A stretch of DNA of 64,000 bases, taken from contig CALWAL010000007.1 in the NCBI GenBank assembly GCA_944373145.1, positions 26,005 to 90,004 on the forward strand, given 5' to 3'. The notes under the pieces were generated by a model. The model did no database searches, was not told the DNA's origin, and worked only from the letters and a program-made list of their open reading frames with translations. Source of the stretch: an uncultured Bacilli bacterium. Lineage in GTDB: Bacteria; Bacillota_I; Bacilli_A; RF39; UBA660. Positions 47,877-60,659 of the stretch are shown here, piece after piece. Positions within the stretch are counted from its first letter, which is position 1. Each line of letters starts with the position of its first letter. A program made the translations under genes and the position numbers.

Positions 47877-49262
47877 ATGAGATTATATAATACTCTCAGT
47901 CATCGTGTAGATGATTTTGTTCCTTATAATGCTAATGAAGTGACAATGTATACATGTGGACCAACTGTGTATCATTTTGCCCATATTGGTAATTTAAGGA
48001 CTTATATTTTCGAAGATATTTTAGAAAAAAGTTTAAAATATTTGGGGTATAATGTTAAGCGATGTATGAATATCACTGATGTTGGTCATTTGTCTAGTGA
48101 TTCCGATTCTGGCGAAGATAAAATGTTGAAGGGAGCTAAAAGAGAACACAAATCTGTTTTAGAAATAGCTGATTTTTATACTAAAGCATTTATGTCCGAT
48201 TGTGATAAATTAAATATTCGTTGGCCAGATATTGTGTCTCCGGCAACGCAAAATATTGATGAATACATTAAAATTATTACCGTTTTGTTAGATAAGGAAT
48301 TAGCTTATATTTCTGGAGGAAATGTATATTTTGATACGTCAAAGTTAAAAGATTATTATGTGTTAACTAATCATAAAGAAAATGAAATGGTAGTTGGCGT
48401 TCGTGAAAGTGTTGAAGAGGATAGCAATAAACGAAATCAAGCTGATTTTGTTTTATGGTTTACAAAATCAAAGTTTGAAGATCAAGAACTAAAATGGGAT
48501 AGTCCATGGGGATACGGGTATCCTGGATGGCATATTGAGTGCTCTGGTATTAGTATGAAGTATTTAGGAGAAAATTTAGATATTCATTGTGGAGGAGTTG
48601 ATAATATTTTTCCACATCATACTAATGAAATTGCTCAGTCTGAAGGCTATTTAGGGCATCCTTGGTGTAAATATTGGGTACATGGTGAGCATCTAAACGA
48701 TCAAGAAGGTAAAATGAGTAAGTCAAAAGGTGAATTTTTAACTGTATCTTTGTTAGAAAGTAAAGGATATAATCCACTTGGATATCGTTTTATGTGTTTA
48801 AATAGCCATTACCGTAAACAGTTAATGTTTACTTATGATGCTTTAGATAATGCTTTAAATGCTTATGATAAGTTAAAAAAGAAAGTATCTTCTCTAGGAA
48901 ATAATGAGGATGCAACAAATACTGAAGCGTTTGATAATAAATTTAAAGAAGCTTTAGCAAACGATTTGAATACTTCTTTAGCGCTTACCATTTTATATGA
49001 TGTTTTAAAAAGCGATTTAAGTAATGCTCAAAAAAGATATTTAGTTAATAAATTTGACACTGTATTATCTCTTGATCTGACCGAAAAAGTTGCTAGTCTT
49101 GATAGTGAGTTAGTTAAATATATTGAAGAAAAGATTGAAGAACGTAAATTAGCAAAACAAAATAAAGATTTTGCTTTAGCTGATCATATTCGTGATGAAC
49201 TGTTAGAACGAGGCGTTATTATTAAAGATACTAGAGAAGGTACAGTTTACGAAATAAGGTGA
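47877..49262 (+). CDS. cysS: Cysteinyl-tRNA ligase
   Basis: MYTCGPTVY..AHIGN, PGWHIECS, FPHHTNE and KMSKS. Confidence 0.97.
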   Translation: MRLYNTLSHRVDDFVPYNANEVTMYTCGPTVYHFAHIGNLRTYIFEDILEKSLKYLGYNVKRCMNITDVGHLSSDSDSGEDKMLKGAKREHKSVLEIADFYTKAFMSDCDKLNIRWPDIVSPATQNIDEYIKIITVLLDKELAYISGGNVYFDTSKLKDYYVLTNHKENEMVVGVRESVEEDSNKRNQADFVLWFTKSKFEDQELKWDSPWGYGYPGWHIECSGISMKYLGENLDIHCGGVDNIFPHHTNEIAQSEGYLGHPWCKYWVHGEHLNDQEGKMSKSKGEFLTVSLLESKGYNPLGYRFMCLNSHYRKQLMFTYDALDNALNAYDKLKKKVSSLGNNEDATNTEAFDNKFKEALANDLNTSLALTILYDVLKSDLSNAQKRYLVNKFDTVLSLDLTEKVASLDSELVKYIEEKIEERKLAKQNKDFALADHIRDELLERGVIIKDTREGTVYEIR

Positions 49263-49266
49263 TAAA

Positions 49267-49956
49267 TTGATATATGGATTAGAAACGATATTTACATTAT
49301 TTTTAGCGCTTATTGCTTTTGTAATTGTTATTGCAGCACAAGTTTATTTATCTTCAACTTATAAAAAAGGTAAAGAAGTTAGAAACAGTGTGGGATTAAG
49401 TGGGTGTGAGGTTGCGCGAAAAATATTAGATAGTAATGGTTTAACAGATGTTTATGTTGTTCAAACAGAAGGGACTTTGTCTGACCATTATGATCCTAAA
49501 CGTAAAGTTATTCGCTTGTCAAAAGATATTTTTCATGGAACAACAGTAGCTGCAGCCGCTGTAGCCGCCCATGAGTGTGGCCACGCCATCCAAGATAAAG
49601 ATAATTATACTTTTATGCGTATTAGGGGGGCACTAGTTCCTTTTGTAAATTTGATAACTTATATTGGCTATATTGCTCTAATAATTTCTTTGTTTGCTGG
49701 AATTACAGGTTATTTAACAATTTCTATTGGTTTGATTATAGTAGCTTTGGTATTTCAATTTATAACGTTACCAGTTGAATTTGATGCATCCAGAAGAGCT
49801 CTAAATGAAATTGAACGTCTATCTTTAGTGGCACCTAATGAGCATGAACTTTCTAAAACGGTTTTACGCGCGGCTGCTTTAACTTATGTAGCCTCATTAA
49901 TTTCAACAATACTTGATTTATTGAGATTGGTTATTATGTTCAATGATCGTGATTGA
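49267..49956 (+). CDS. Putative membrane zinc metallopeptidase (YugP-like)
   Basis: LSDHYDP, AAHECGHAIQ, TLPVEFDASRRA and AALTYVA. Confidence 0.88.
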   Translation: MIYGLETIFTLFLALIAFVIVIAAQVYLSSTYKKGKEVRNSVGLSGCEVARKILDSNGLTDVYVVQTEGTLSDHYDPKRKVIRLSKDIFHGTTVAAAAVAAHECGHAIQDKDNYTFMRIRGALVPFVNLITYIGYIALIISLFAGITGYLTISIGLIIVALVFQFITLPVEFDASRRALNEIERLSLVAPNEHELSKTVLRAAALTYVASLISTILDLLRLVIMFNDRD

Positions 49957-50007
49957 GAATTAATTTAATTAATTCTTTTTTTATGTTATAATGTTCTCGG
50001 TGATAGA

Positions 50008-50880
50008 ATGGATGGCGTTTTTTTAGTTGACAAGGAAGCGGGAGTTACTAGCCGTGATGTTGTAAATGAAATTATAAAAAAAACAGCGACTAGTAAAGTT
50101 GGTCATACGGGAACATTGGATCCTTTAGCAACTGGTGTTTTAGTAATTTGTGTTGGTAAGGCAACTAAATTAGTTGACTATTTGTCTAGTGTAGATAAAA
50201 CATATATTGCTGAGATAACATTGGGACTTGAAACGGATACTTTAGATTGTGAAGGAAGTATAAAGAATGAAAAATTTGTATCATGTTCGGATGAAGAGAT
50301 TATTAAGGCTATATTTTCAATGAAAGGAAAATATGAACAAGAAGTTCCACTTTATTCAGCGGTTAAAGTTAATGGAAAAAGATTATATGAGTATGCTCGC
50401 GAGGGCTTGAAAGTTGAGTTACCTAAACGTGAAGTTCAAATTTTTGATATTAAATTATCTTCGCCAATTAAACGATATGATGGCAAAATTATTTTTTCTA
50501 TTGAATGCCGTGTTAGTAAGGGTACTTATATTAGAAGTTTAGTTCGTGATATTGCATTAAAATTACATACAATTGGAATTATGAGCAAACTAAGAAGAGT
50601 CAAACAAGGACGATTTAGCGTTGAAAACTGTAAAAAAATTGATGATATACGTATTAAAGACATGATAGGAATTAGAGATTTATTAAGTGACTTGCCAACA
50701 GTTACTGTTGACAATGGCTTGAAAAAAGACATATTAAATGGTAAAATATTAGATAGTTTATATAATAATAATCAGGTATTATTTGTTGATCAAAATAATT
50801 TTGCTTTAGCAATTTATCATATTTATGATAAAGACAAGACTAAGTTAAAACCATATATAATGATAGGAGGAATAAAATGA
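50008..50880 (+). CDS. truB: tRNA pseudouridine(55) synthase
   Basis: KVGHTGTLDPLATGVL, YSAVKVNGKRLY and SKGTYIRSL. Confidence 0.96.
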   Translation: MDGVFLVDKEAGVTSRDVVNEIIKKTATSKVGHTGTLDPLATGVLVICVGKATKLVDYLSSVDKTYIAEITLGLETDTLDCEGSIKNEKFVSCSDEEIIKAIFSMKGKYEQEVPLYSAVKVNGKRLYEYAREGLKVELPKREVQIFDIKLSSPIKRYDGKIIFSIECRVSKGTYIRSLVRDIALKLHTIGIMSKLRRVKQGRFSVENCKKIDDIRIKDMIGIRDLLSDLPTVTVDNGLKKDILNGKILDSLYNNNQVLFVDQNNFALAIYHIYDKDKTKLKPYIMIGGIK

Positions 50881-51761
50881 CATTAGTAATATTGGCGGCC
50901 GGTTTAGGAAGTCGCTTTGGGGGATTGAAACAAATTGAACCAGTTGGTCCAAATGGGGAATTTATTATTGATTATTCTATTTATGATGCAATAAGAGCTG
51001 GCTTTGATAAAGTTGTATTTATTATTAAAGAGGATATTTATGATGTTTTTCGAAATACAATAGGTAAACGTATTGAGGGAAAAATTGAAGTAGAATACGC
51101 TTTTCAAAGTTTAGATGTTATTCCAGAAGGTATTGTTTTGCCTAGTAATCGTGTTAAACCATTGGGAACGGCACAAGCATTATATTGTGCGTTAGATAAA
51201 ATTGATGGACCTTTTGCCATAATTTCGGCAGATGATTTTTATGGTAAAGAATCTTTTGAATTATTAGGCCAATCTTTAAAAAATAATCATGAATTTAGTG
51301 TTATTGGCTACCAATTAGGAAATACTTTAGCTGAAACAGGTGCTGTAAAGCGTGGCGTTTGTTTTAGTGAGAATGGAATTTTAACTAAAATTATTGAAAG
51401 TAAAGTTGAACGTGTTAATGGTATTATATCTTGTGAACCAATAGATGGGGGAGCAAAGTACACTGTTTGTGAAGAACATCCTGTTTCTATGCTTATGTAT
51501 GGAATGCAGACCGATATTTTTAATTATTTGCGCAATGATATTAAAGACTTCTTTAACAAAAATAAAGATAATTTAGATAAGTGTGAATATTATTTACCAC
51601 AAGTTTTAAGTGATTACAGCAAAAATTGTAATGTTGATGTTAAGTTAATTATGACTCCAGCTGTATGGCGAGGAGTGACTTATGCGGCAGATTTAAATGA
51701 TTTAAAAGAATATATTAGAGAGTTGATAGATAAAGGAGTGTATCCGGAAAATCTATATTAG
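50877..51761 (+). CDS. Sugar-phosphate nucleotidyltransferase-family protein
   Basis: LVILAAGLGSRFGGLKQ, KPLGT.QAL and ISADDFYG. Confidence 0.85.
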   Translation: MTLVILAAGLGSRFGGLKQIEPVGPNGEFIIDYSIYDAIRAGFDKVVFIIKEDIYDVFRNTIGKRIEGKIEVEYAFQSLDVIPEGIVLPSNRVKPLGTAQALYCALDKIDGPFAIISADDFYGKESFELLGQSLKNNHEFSVIGYQLGNTLAETGAVKRGVCFSENGILTKIIESKVERVNGIISCEPIDGGAKYTVCEEHPVSMLMYGMQTDIFNYLRNDIKDFFNKNKDNLDKCEYYLPQVLSDYSKNCNVDVKLIMTPAVWRGVTYAADLNDLKEYIRELIDKGVYPENLY

Positions 51762-53636
51762 GTGATGATTATGTTTGTTGATTTAGGTGCATTTGATAAT
51801 GAAAAAAATTTATATAATCAGAGGGTAGAGAATCTTAAAAATACTGTAACAAACCCTCAAGTTTTAGAACGACAATTAGAAGAAGAGCGTTTAAAATTTA
51901 AGGGGATTACAAGAAAATACTTAAGTGTGGCTTTAGCGACACTTAAAGAAGTGTTTAATATTGATTATTCTTTATATAAAGTTGGGCGTGATGTAGATGC
52001 TAATTTCAAAACAATTGAAACAACAGTCCAAAAAACCCAAACTGAAATTGTTAATGATATGAATGAATTTGTCAAGAAGGCTAATGGGATGAATTTAGAG
52101 GCATATAAAATTAATAAATTAAATATTGCTATTAGGGTTATTATGTCTTATGTTGATGATGTGGCTATTAATGAGGATGAAAATAAAGAGTTTTATTTGA
52201 ATCACTCTAAAGTAATTGCAAGTTCAGTAGATATGCCAGTAACTAAAAAAGTTGAACAAGCGCCTCAACAACCGGTGACAGTGCAACATAATCCATATGC
52301 TAATCAGCCACTAAGCCCCGGAACATTGTCGCCTCAACAGAAAGTAAATAATGAGCCCTTAGTTGATCCTTTTGCTAGTATTTATGCTGGAACTATGGTA
52401 ACCACTCCGGCAACTACGCCATCAGGTCAACCAATAACTACTAATAATACTTCGAGTGTTTATCAAATGAATAATCAGCAAACGATATCAATAAATGAAA
52501 ATAATGCAGGTAATTCAACATCTATATTTGGTGATACTTTCCAATCTTCAAATGAATATTCGAGTTTAGAGCAAACATCTCAATCACAAAATTTTGTTAA
52601 TCAATCTGCACCAACGGTCAATAATAGTTTTGGTCAGGTTGTTAGCAACCCTAGTCCTAACCCGGTTTTGAATAATCCTTTTCAAGATCAAATGAGTAAT
52701 GCCTATCAACCAACTGTGAATAATTTTGCAAATTCTAATGTAAATAATAATTATAATCAAAATAATGCGATGTTTAAACAATTATTAATGCCAGATGCTG
52801 GAATGACCAGTTCTATACCAGCACAAGCAACTCCGGAAATAAATACTAGTAATTTAAATCAAGCGGTGTCAAATCAAGTTGTTATTCCAAATCAAGATTT
52901 AATTAAAACAAACAATATTGTTTTAGGTAGCGAAAAAATTGCAATTGTTTTTCAAATTATTTCGGCTATATTGATTCCAATTTTATCTTTAATAAGCGCA
53001 GCCTGTTTATATTTTATCTTAAATTCGGACGCTATTAATAAGTTTATAGCTGATATGCCTAGTGCACTTACAAATATAGCTTTATTTTTAGTAATAGCAA
53101 CTATTTGTCTTTTATTATCAGGCCCAATAATAGCTTTAGCACGTAAACGAACTGCTTATGTTGTGCGATATTTGATTGCTCCAGCGTTATTATCAATTCC
53201 TACTATGAATTTATTGATGGAATTGGTAGGAAAAATAAAAATTGATTCTATGGAAACAATGACACAGATTATAGGAATTTTAGTAATTGCAATGCCTATT
53301 TATTTTGCGTTTATAATATTTTTATTAATTCGTGGATTTGTAAATGGAAATGGCGATGTTCGTATTCAAGCCCCAAAATGGACTATTTTTGATAAGTTAG
53401 GAATGCTATTTGTCATCTATTTTTTAGTCATACCAGGTATTTATATGATTTGTAGTATTATAGGTTTAAATATTAAATTTTTAAATGATGCTTTAGAAAT
53501 TATTTATTTTACTAATAATGAAGATATTTCACAATATATAGAACCATTGTTTACTATTGGGTCACCAATTATAGCAGCATTAGGGATGATTCTTAGATCT
53601 ATTATTATTTTTAAAAATAGTAGAAAAAGGGCATAA
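51762..53636 (+). CDS. Hypothetical protein with N/Q/P-rich low-complexity middle and multi-TM C-terminus
   Basis: 624-aa ORF with about six TMs at the C-terminus. Confidence 0.7.
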   Translation: MMIMFVDLGAFDNEKNLYNQRVENLKNTVTNPQVLERQLEEERLKFKGITRKYLSVALATLKEVFNIDYSLYKVGRDVDANFKTIETTVQKTQTEIVNDMNEFVKKANGMNLEAYKINKLNIAIRVIMSYVDDVAINEDENKEFYLNHSKVIASSVDMPVTKKVEQAPQQPVTVQHNPYANQPLSPGTLSPQQKVNNEPLVDPFASIYAGTMVTTPATTPSGQPITTNNTSSVYQMNNQQTISINENNAGNSTSIFGDTFQSSNEYSSLEQTSQSQNFVNQSAPTVNNSFGQVVSNPSPNPVLNNPFQDQMSNAYQPTVNNFANSNVNNNYNQNNAMFKQLLMPDAGMTSSIPAQATPEINTSNLNQAVSNQVVIPNQDLIKTNNIVLGSEKIAIVFQIISAILIPILSLISAACLYFILNSDAINKFIADMPSALTNIALFLVIATICLLLSGPIIALARKRTAYVVRYLIAPALLSIPTMNLLMELVGKIKIDSMETMTQIIGILVIAMPIYFAFIIFLLIRGFVNGNGDVRIQAPKWTIFDKLGMLFVIYFLVIPGIYMICSIIGLNIKFLNDALEIIYFTNNEDISQYIEPLFTIGSPIIAALGMILRSIIIFKNSRKRA

Positions 53637-53663
53637 AAAAAGGAAGAATTAGTTCTTCTTTTT

Positions 53664-54281
53664 TTATAATTTACGATATAATCCAATTGCTCTTCCTAAA
53701 ATTGTCACGTTATTTAAAATTATTGGTGCCATCGTATCATTTTCTGGTTGTAAACGAAAATAATTTTTTTCCTTATAAAAAGTCTTGAGCGTTACTTCAT
53801 TTTCTTCTGTCATAGCTACAACAATTTCACCATTACGCGCTACGCTTCTTTTTTCAACAATAATAATATCGCCATCGTGGATACCCGCATTAATCATACT
53901 TTCACCGTTTACTTCTAAAGTAAAAACTTCTTTACCTTTGGGTATTAAATATGATGGTATTGAAAAAAAATTATCGGGATTCTCAATCGCTTCAATTGGA
54001 GATCCGGCTGTTATTTTTCCTAATAATGGAACTTCAGCAACCTGTTCATCTTTATTATTAAATTCGTTATCAACCATTAATTCAATTGTTCGATTTTTAT
54101 TCGAACCTTTTTTTATGTAACCTTTATCAGCTAAACCATCTAAATGTGCCTGAATTGTAGCTGGGGAGGAAACGTTCAAAGCCTCCGCTATTTCTCTTAC
54201 GGTTGGTGGATAGCCATGTGATACAATATATTCTTTAATAAACTGTAAAGTATCTTCTTGGCGTTTAGTTAATTTTTCCAT
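53664..54281 (-). CDS. lexA: SOS repressor LexA
   Basis: GYPPTVREIA, ITAG cleavage site, GESM (Ser) and TLK (Lys). Confidence 0.96.
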   Translation of the reverse strand: MEKLTKRQEDTLQFIKEYIVSHGYPPTVREIAEALNVSSPATIQAHLDGLADKGYIKKGSNKNRTIELMVDNEFNNKDEQVAEVPLLGKITAGSPIEAIENPDNFFSIPSYLIPKGKEVFTLEVNGESMINAGIHDGDIIIVEKRSVARNGEIVVAMTEENEVTLKTFYKEKNYFRLQPENDTMAPIILNNVTILGRAIGLYRKL

Positions 54282-54305
54282 ATATTCCTCCTTAATACTA
54301 TAGTT

Positions 54306-54345
54306 ATTTTAACACATTCAATTGTAAATGTCAAACAAATGTTTG
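54306..54345 (-). promoter_or_regulatory. lexA sigma-A promoter with overlapping SOS box
   Basis: Minus strand TTGACA (54334-54329)-17 nt-TAAAAT (54311-54306). The palindrome CAAAC-aaat-GTTTG (54332-54345) overlaps the -35. Confidence 0.78.
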
Positions 54346-54364
54346 ATAATGTTAAGAAAAAGCG

Positions 54365-54393
54365 TTGACACGAATATTTGTTCGTGTTAAAAT
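54365..54393 (+). promoter_or_regulatory. Sigma-A promoter with an SOS box in the spacer
   Basis: TTGACA (54365-54370), spacer carrying CGAAT-attt-GTTCG (54371-54384), then TAAAAT (54388-54393). The Bacillus consensus is CGAAC-N4-GTTCG. Confidence 0.85.
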
Positions 54394-54417
54394 AAATTTA
54401 AAGATAGGAGTGATAAT

Positions 54418-54564
54418 ATGAATTTTCTTAAAAATAATATTATGGGATTGGTTTTCATTATAACGGTGTTTAGTATTACTTGTTTTGGTGCTTGGAGTAA
54501 TGCAAAGATGGAATATAATAGTCACATAGAGGAAGAGGAATATTTAGAAATAAATTTATATTAA
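54418..54564 (+). CDS. 48-aa single-TM microprotein, SOS-regulated, in the YneA/SosA position (absent from the ORF track)
   Basis: AGGAGTGA RBS. Sequence is MNFLKNNIMGLVFIITVFSITCFGAWSNAKMEYNSHIEEEEYLEINLY*. Confidence 0.72.
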   Translation: MNFLKNNIMGLVFIITVFSITCFGAWSNAKMEYNSHIEEEEYLEINLY

Positions 54565-54623
54565 GAATATTTATTGTTTTTTAAAAATTTGATATAATGT
54601 ATTAATATGATAGGAGGAACAAG

Positions 54624-56603
54624 ATGAATGATAATATGTTAGTAGCAAGTATTAGGGGACTTGGAATTGACATGATTAATCAAGCTAAATCTGGGCATCC
54701 CGGAATTGTTTTAGGCGCAGCGCCTATTTTGTATACATTATATAAAAATCATCTAAATATTAATGCAAGTGATAGTACTTGGATTAATCGTGATCGATTT
54801 GTCATGTCGGCTGGTCACGGTTCTGCACTGCTATATTCAGTTTTATTTGTTTGTGGATATGGAATAACAATTGATGATTTAAAAAATTTCCGTCATATAG
54901 GGTACAAAACTCCTGGACATCCTGAATATGGAATAACGCCTGGTGTTGATTGCTCAACAGGACCGTTAGGGCAAGGAATTGCTAATGCTGTAGGAATGGC
55001 TTTAGGACAAAAAATTTTGAAAGAAAGATATCGAATTGATCAATCAAAATCATTAGTTGATTATGATGTTTATGCTTTAGTTGGTGATGGCGATTTAATG
55101 GAAGGTATTTCTTATGAAGCTTGTTCACTAGCTGGTACTTTGAAGCTTAATAATTTAATTGTTTTGTATGATTCTAATGGAATTAGTTTAGATGGGCCTA
55201 CTTCTAAAACTTTTAACGAAAATGTTCGCGCTCGTTTTGAAGCTATGGGATGGGATACTTATCTAGTTAAAGATGGTAATAAGATTGGAGATATTGATAA
55301 AGCTATAAGTAAGGCTAAAAAGTCTAATAAACCATCTTTAATTGAAGTTAAGACGGTTATTGGTTATGGCTCTATGCTAGCTGGAACTTCAACTGTTCAT
55401 GGTAAACCATTAGATGATGCTGATATTGAGCAATTAAAAAAACAGTTAGGTTTACCAAATGAACCTTTTTATGTTAATGTAGAAGAATTTAGTCATTTGC
55501 GTAATCATATTGCTAATCGTGTTAATCCAAAATATATGGAGTGGAATGATAACTATCAAGCTTATGTACGCTTATGTGGTGGTGATTCAACTTTAGCTGG
55601 CTATTTATTTAATAATGATTTTAATTATGATTTAATTAATTTAGATTGGAAGTTTCCAACTAGTTTAAAGCAAGCTTTACGTGATACTAACAATGTTTTT
55701 ATTAATTATTTAAATCGCAACATTAAGACCATTGCTGGAGGGTCAGCTGATTTAGCATCAACGACTAAAACATATGTAAAAGAATTAGCCGATATTGATG
55801 CTAATAATTTTAATGGTAATAATATTTGGTTTGGGGTTAGAGAACATGCGATGGGAGCTATTTTAAATGGTATGGCTTTAGTAGGTGTCAAAGCTTATGG
55901 TTCAACTTTTTTAAGTTTTGTTGATTATTTAAAGCCGGCTATGCGTATGTCAGCTCTTATGAAATTACCTGTTATTTATATTTTTACTCATGACTCTATT
56001 TCTATCGGTCCAGATGGCCCAACACACCAGCCTATTGAACAATTAGCTCTTATGCGTTCAATACCGGGAATGAAGGTTTATCGCCCAGCTGATGCCAAAG
56101 AGTTACTAGGCTGTTGGCAAGCAATTTTAAATACTAATCATAACCCAAGTGCATTAGTTTTAAGTCGTAATGAGGTTGATTTGTTAAAGGAGTCAAAAGC
56201 TTTAGAAACATTAAACGGAGGTTATATTTTACATCATGAAACAACTGCGTTAAAAGCAATTTTAGTAGCAACCGGAACTGAAACTCACACTGCTTTGCAT
56301 ATTGCATATGAATATGAACGTGCAGGTGAAGGAGGAATCAGAGTTGTCAGCATGCCTTGTTTAGAAAAATTTTTAGAAACTGATCAAAATTACCAAGAAA
56401 GTGTATTACCACCAGGATATCGAAAGATTATTATTGAGGCAGGCAGTTCTTTTGGTTGGCATCGGATTATGAAAGATTATGATGGTATTATTTCTTTGGA
56501 TACTTTTGGTGTTAGTGGCACTAAAGATGAAGTATTGCAAGCTATGAATTTTAGTTATCAACAAATATTTACTCGTGTACAAGAATTACTTGTTAAAAAG
56601 TAG
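54624..56603 (+). CDS. tkt: Transketolase
   Basis: [40 protein letters not shown] and THDS...DGPTHQP. Confidence 0.96.
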   Translation: MNDNMLVASIRGLGIDMINQAKSGHPGIVLGAAPILYTLYKNHLNINASDSTWINRDRFVMSAGHGSALLYSVLFVCGYGITIDDLKNFRHIGYKTPGHPEYGITPGVDCSTGPLGQGIANAVGMALGQKILKERYRIDQSKSLVDYDVYALVGDGDLMEGISYEACSLAGTLKLNNLIVLYDSNGISLDGPTSKTFNENVRARFEAMGWDTYLVKDGNKIGDIDKAISKAKKSNKPSLIEVKTVIGYGSMLAGTSTVHGKPLDDADIEQLKKQLGLPNEPFYVNVEEFSHLRNHIANRVNPKYMEWNDNYQAYVRLCGGDSTLAGYLFNNDFNYDLINLDWKFPTSLKQALRDTNNVFINYLNRNIKTIAGGSADLASTTKTYVKELADIDANNFNGNNIWFGVREHAMGAILNGMALVGVKAYGSTFLSFVDYLKPAMRMSALMKLPVIYIFTHDSISIGPDGPTHQPIEQLALMRSIPGMKVYRPADAKELLGCWQAILNTNHNPSALVLSRNEVDLLKESKALETLNGGYILHHETTALKAILVATGTETHTALHIAYEYERAGEGGIRVVSMPCLEKFLETDQNYQESVLPPGYRKIIIEAGSSFGWHRIMKDYDGIISLDTFGVSGTKDEVLQAMNFSYQQIFTRVQELLVKK

Positions 56604-56694
56604 TTCTTTTTTTATTCTTTATTACGTAATATTTAATAAGTCTTGTATTTTTAGTCATTATTTAGTAAAATATTCACTGAAAGGAATTGATAAT

Positions 56695-56913
56695 ATGGGT
56701 CTTTTAGTTGATGTATTACAAATATTAATTGGTGTTGTAATTGGCGCAGTAATTGGATTTTTTATAGCTCGTAAGTATATGAAAAAATATATTAAGCAAA
56801 ATCCTCCTATCAATGAACAGATGATAAAGGCGATGATGATGCAAATGGGAAGAACACCAAGCCAAAAACAAATTAATCAAATGATGAAATCAATGACTAA
56901 GTATATGGACTAG
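56695..56913 (+). CDS. yneF: UPF0154/YneF-family small membrane protein
   Basis: TM followed by [29 protein letters not shown]. Start at ATG 56695 behind AAGGA. Confidence 0.9.
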   Translation: MGLLVDVLQILIGVVIGAVIGFFIARKYMKKYIKQNPPINEQMIKAMMMQMGRTPSQKQINQMMKSMTKYMD

Positions 56914-56924
56914 TCATTTTTTTA

Positions 56925-58148
56925 TTGTTAGGAAGTGGTTTGTTGAATTTAAAAATGATTCAAAAAGTAATTAATGCATCAGATAAATATGATTTAGATT
57001 TAGAAATAACTGGAATAAGCACAAATAGTTTAGATATTCAAGCAGGTAATATTTTTTTAACTATTAATTCAGGCTATTTATATATTGATGATGCAATTAA
57101 AAAGGGAGCTGTGGCTATAATAACGGAAAAGGAAAATATCAAAGCTAATGTTCCGGTTTTATATGTATGTAATACAAAAAAGGCTTTAAAAACTTTAGCT
57201 AGTTATTTTCGAAGTATATATCACGGTAAAGTGATTGCAATTACCGGTAGTAATGGTAAAACATCAACTAAAGAATTGTTAAAGTATGCTTTAGCAAAAC
57301 ATTATCGCGTTTTAGCTAATCCAAATAGTGAAAATAATATTTTGGGCATTTCAAAAACTTTATTGAAATTAACTGATGAGTATGATTTTTTAATTCTTGA
57401 ATTAGGAATGAACCATAAAGGTGAAATTAAAGAGTTATCACATTTAATTAAACCAGATATCGGCATTATTACTAATATTGGATCATCACACATTGGTATT
57501 TTAGGAAGCAAAGAAAATATCTTTAAGGCTAAAATGGAAATTTTAGAAGGAAATTCAAAAATAAATTTATATGTAAATGGTGATGATCCTTTTTTAAAAC
57601 AAGTTCAAGCTATTAAAGTTTTACCTAAAATAGAATATCCAAATATCAATAAATATAATAGTGCACTTGTATCAGCTTATTTAAAAGATTTAGGATATGA
57701 AGAAGCTGAAATAAAAGACTTGATGGAAAGTTTTCCAGGAATTGCTTCGCGATTAACAAGATATTATTATGATAAACATATTGTCATAGATGATGCTTAT
57801 AATGCCTCTTATGAATCGTTTCTTGAAGGACTTGCCAAATTAAAGCAGTATAATTGTCGAAAGATTGTTATTTTTGGCGATATGTTAGAATTAGGCTCTT
57901 TTAGTGAATATTATCATCAATTGGTTTATGATGAATTAAAAAAAATAGACAACGTTTTAGTTATTACAATCGGCAATGAAACAAAATTTTTAAATAATGA
58001 ATTTCATTTTTTATCGTTATTAGATTTAGAAAAATATCTTTTAAATTTTGATTGGAATAATGATGATATTGTTTACTTAAAAGCTTCACATAAAATAAAT
58101 TTATCATCATTAATTAACTTTTTTAATAACTTGTGGTTAGATAAATAG
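56925..58148 (+). CDS. murF: UDP-N-acetylmuramoyl-tripeptide--D-alanyl-D-alanine ligase
   Basis: AITGSNGKTSTKE, LELGMNHKGEI, DDAYNAS and FGDMLELG. Confidence 0.88.
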   Translation: MLGSGLLNLKMIQKVINASDKYDLDLEITGISTNSLDIQAGNIFLTINSGYLYIDDAIKKGAVAIITEKENIKANVPVLYVCNTKKALKTLASYFRSIYHGKVIAITGSNGKTSTKELLKYALAKHYRVLANPNSENNILGISKTLLKLTDEYDFLILELGMNHKGEIKELSHLIKPDIGIITNIGSSHIGILGSKENIFKAKMEILEGNSKINLYVNGDDPFLKQVQAIKVLPKIEYPNINKYNSALVSAYLKDLGYEEAEIKDLMESFPGIASRLTRYYYDKHIVIDDAYNASYESFLEGLAKLKQYNCRKIVIFGDMLELGSFSEYYHQLVYDELKKIDNVLVITIGNETKFLNNEFHFLSLLDLEKYLLNFDWNNDDIVYLKASHKINLSSLINFFNNLWLDK

Positions 58149-58192
58149 GTAAAAAAGCAAAGATAATGATAAAAAGATAGTATTTAAATTAA

Positions 58193-60188
<1,996 letters not shown>

Positions 60189-60557
60189 TTAATTCCTTTT
60201 TGTTTGCTTTGAAATACCAATCATTCCGCCTAGCGATGAAGTTATTAAAACTAATAAATAATAGATAAGGTTTTTTAAATTGAAAAGATTATAGAAAATA
60301 AGATTTAAAAGTATGAAAATAAAAATATAAATTAGGCCTATTTCTAAACCCTCTAAATATCCTCTTTTAGAAGCTTTTTTTCCTTGTTTATATGAACCAA
60401 TTAAAATAGCTCCCAAAATAATTAAAATTTGAGTAATAGTTAAAATTTTATCATTTAAAATATTAAAATAACTTAGAATAGTTGTAAATAAAATGGCAAC
60501 AACAAGAAAAATCATTGATGGGAGAAGATTAATTAATAATAATTTTATTTGTTTCAT
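60189..60557 (-). CDS. Small four-TM membrane protein (TIGR04086/DUF3792-like)
   Basis: GKKASKRGYLEGLEIG and terminal SSLGGMIG. Confidence 0.75.
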   Translation of the reverse strand: MKQIKLLLINLLPSMIFLVVAILFTTILSYFNILNDKILTITQILIILGAILIGSYKQGKKASKRGYLEGLEIGLIYIFIFILLNLIFYNLFNLKNLIYYLLVLITSSLGGMIGISKQTKRN

Positions 60558-60659
60558 AAAATCACCTAATTAAATTTATGCTGCTTTTAATATAATATAA
60601 CTTTCTTGACTAAAAATTTGGTCTAAAGTATAATTTAAATATAAGGGTATGGTGTGATT

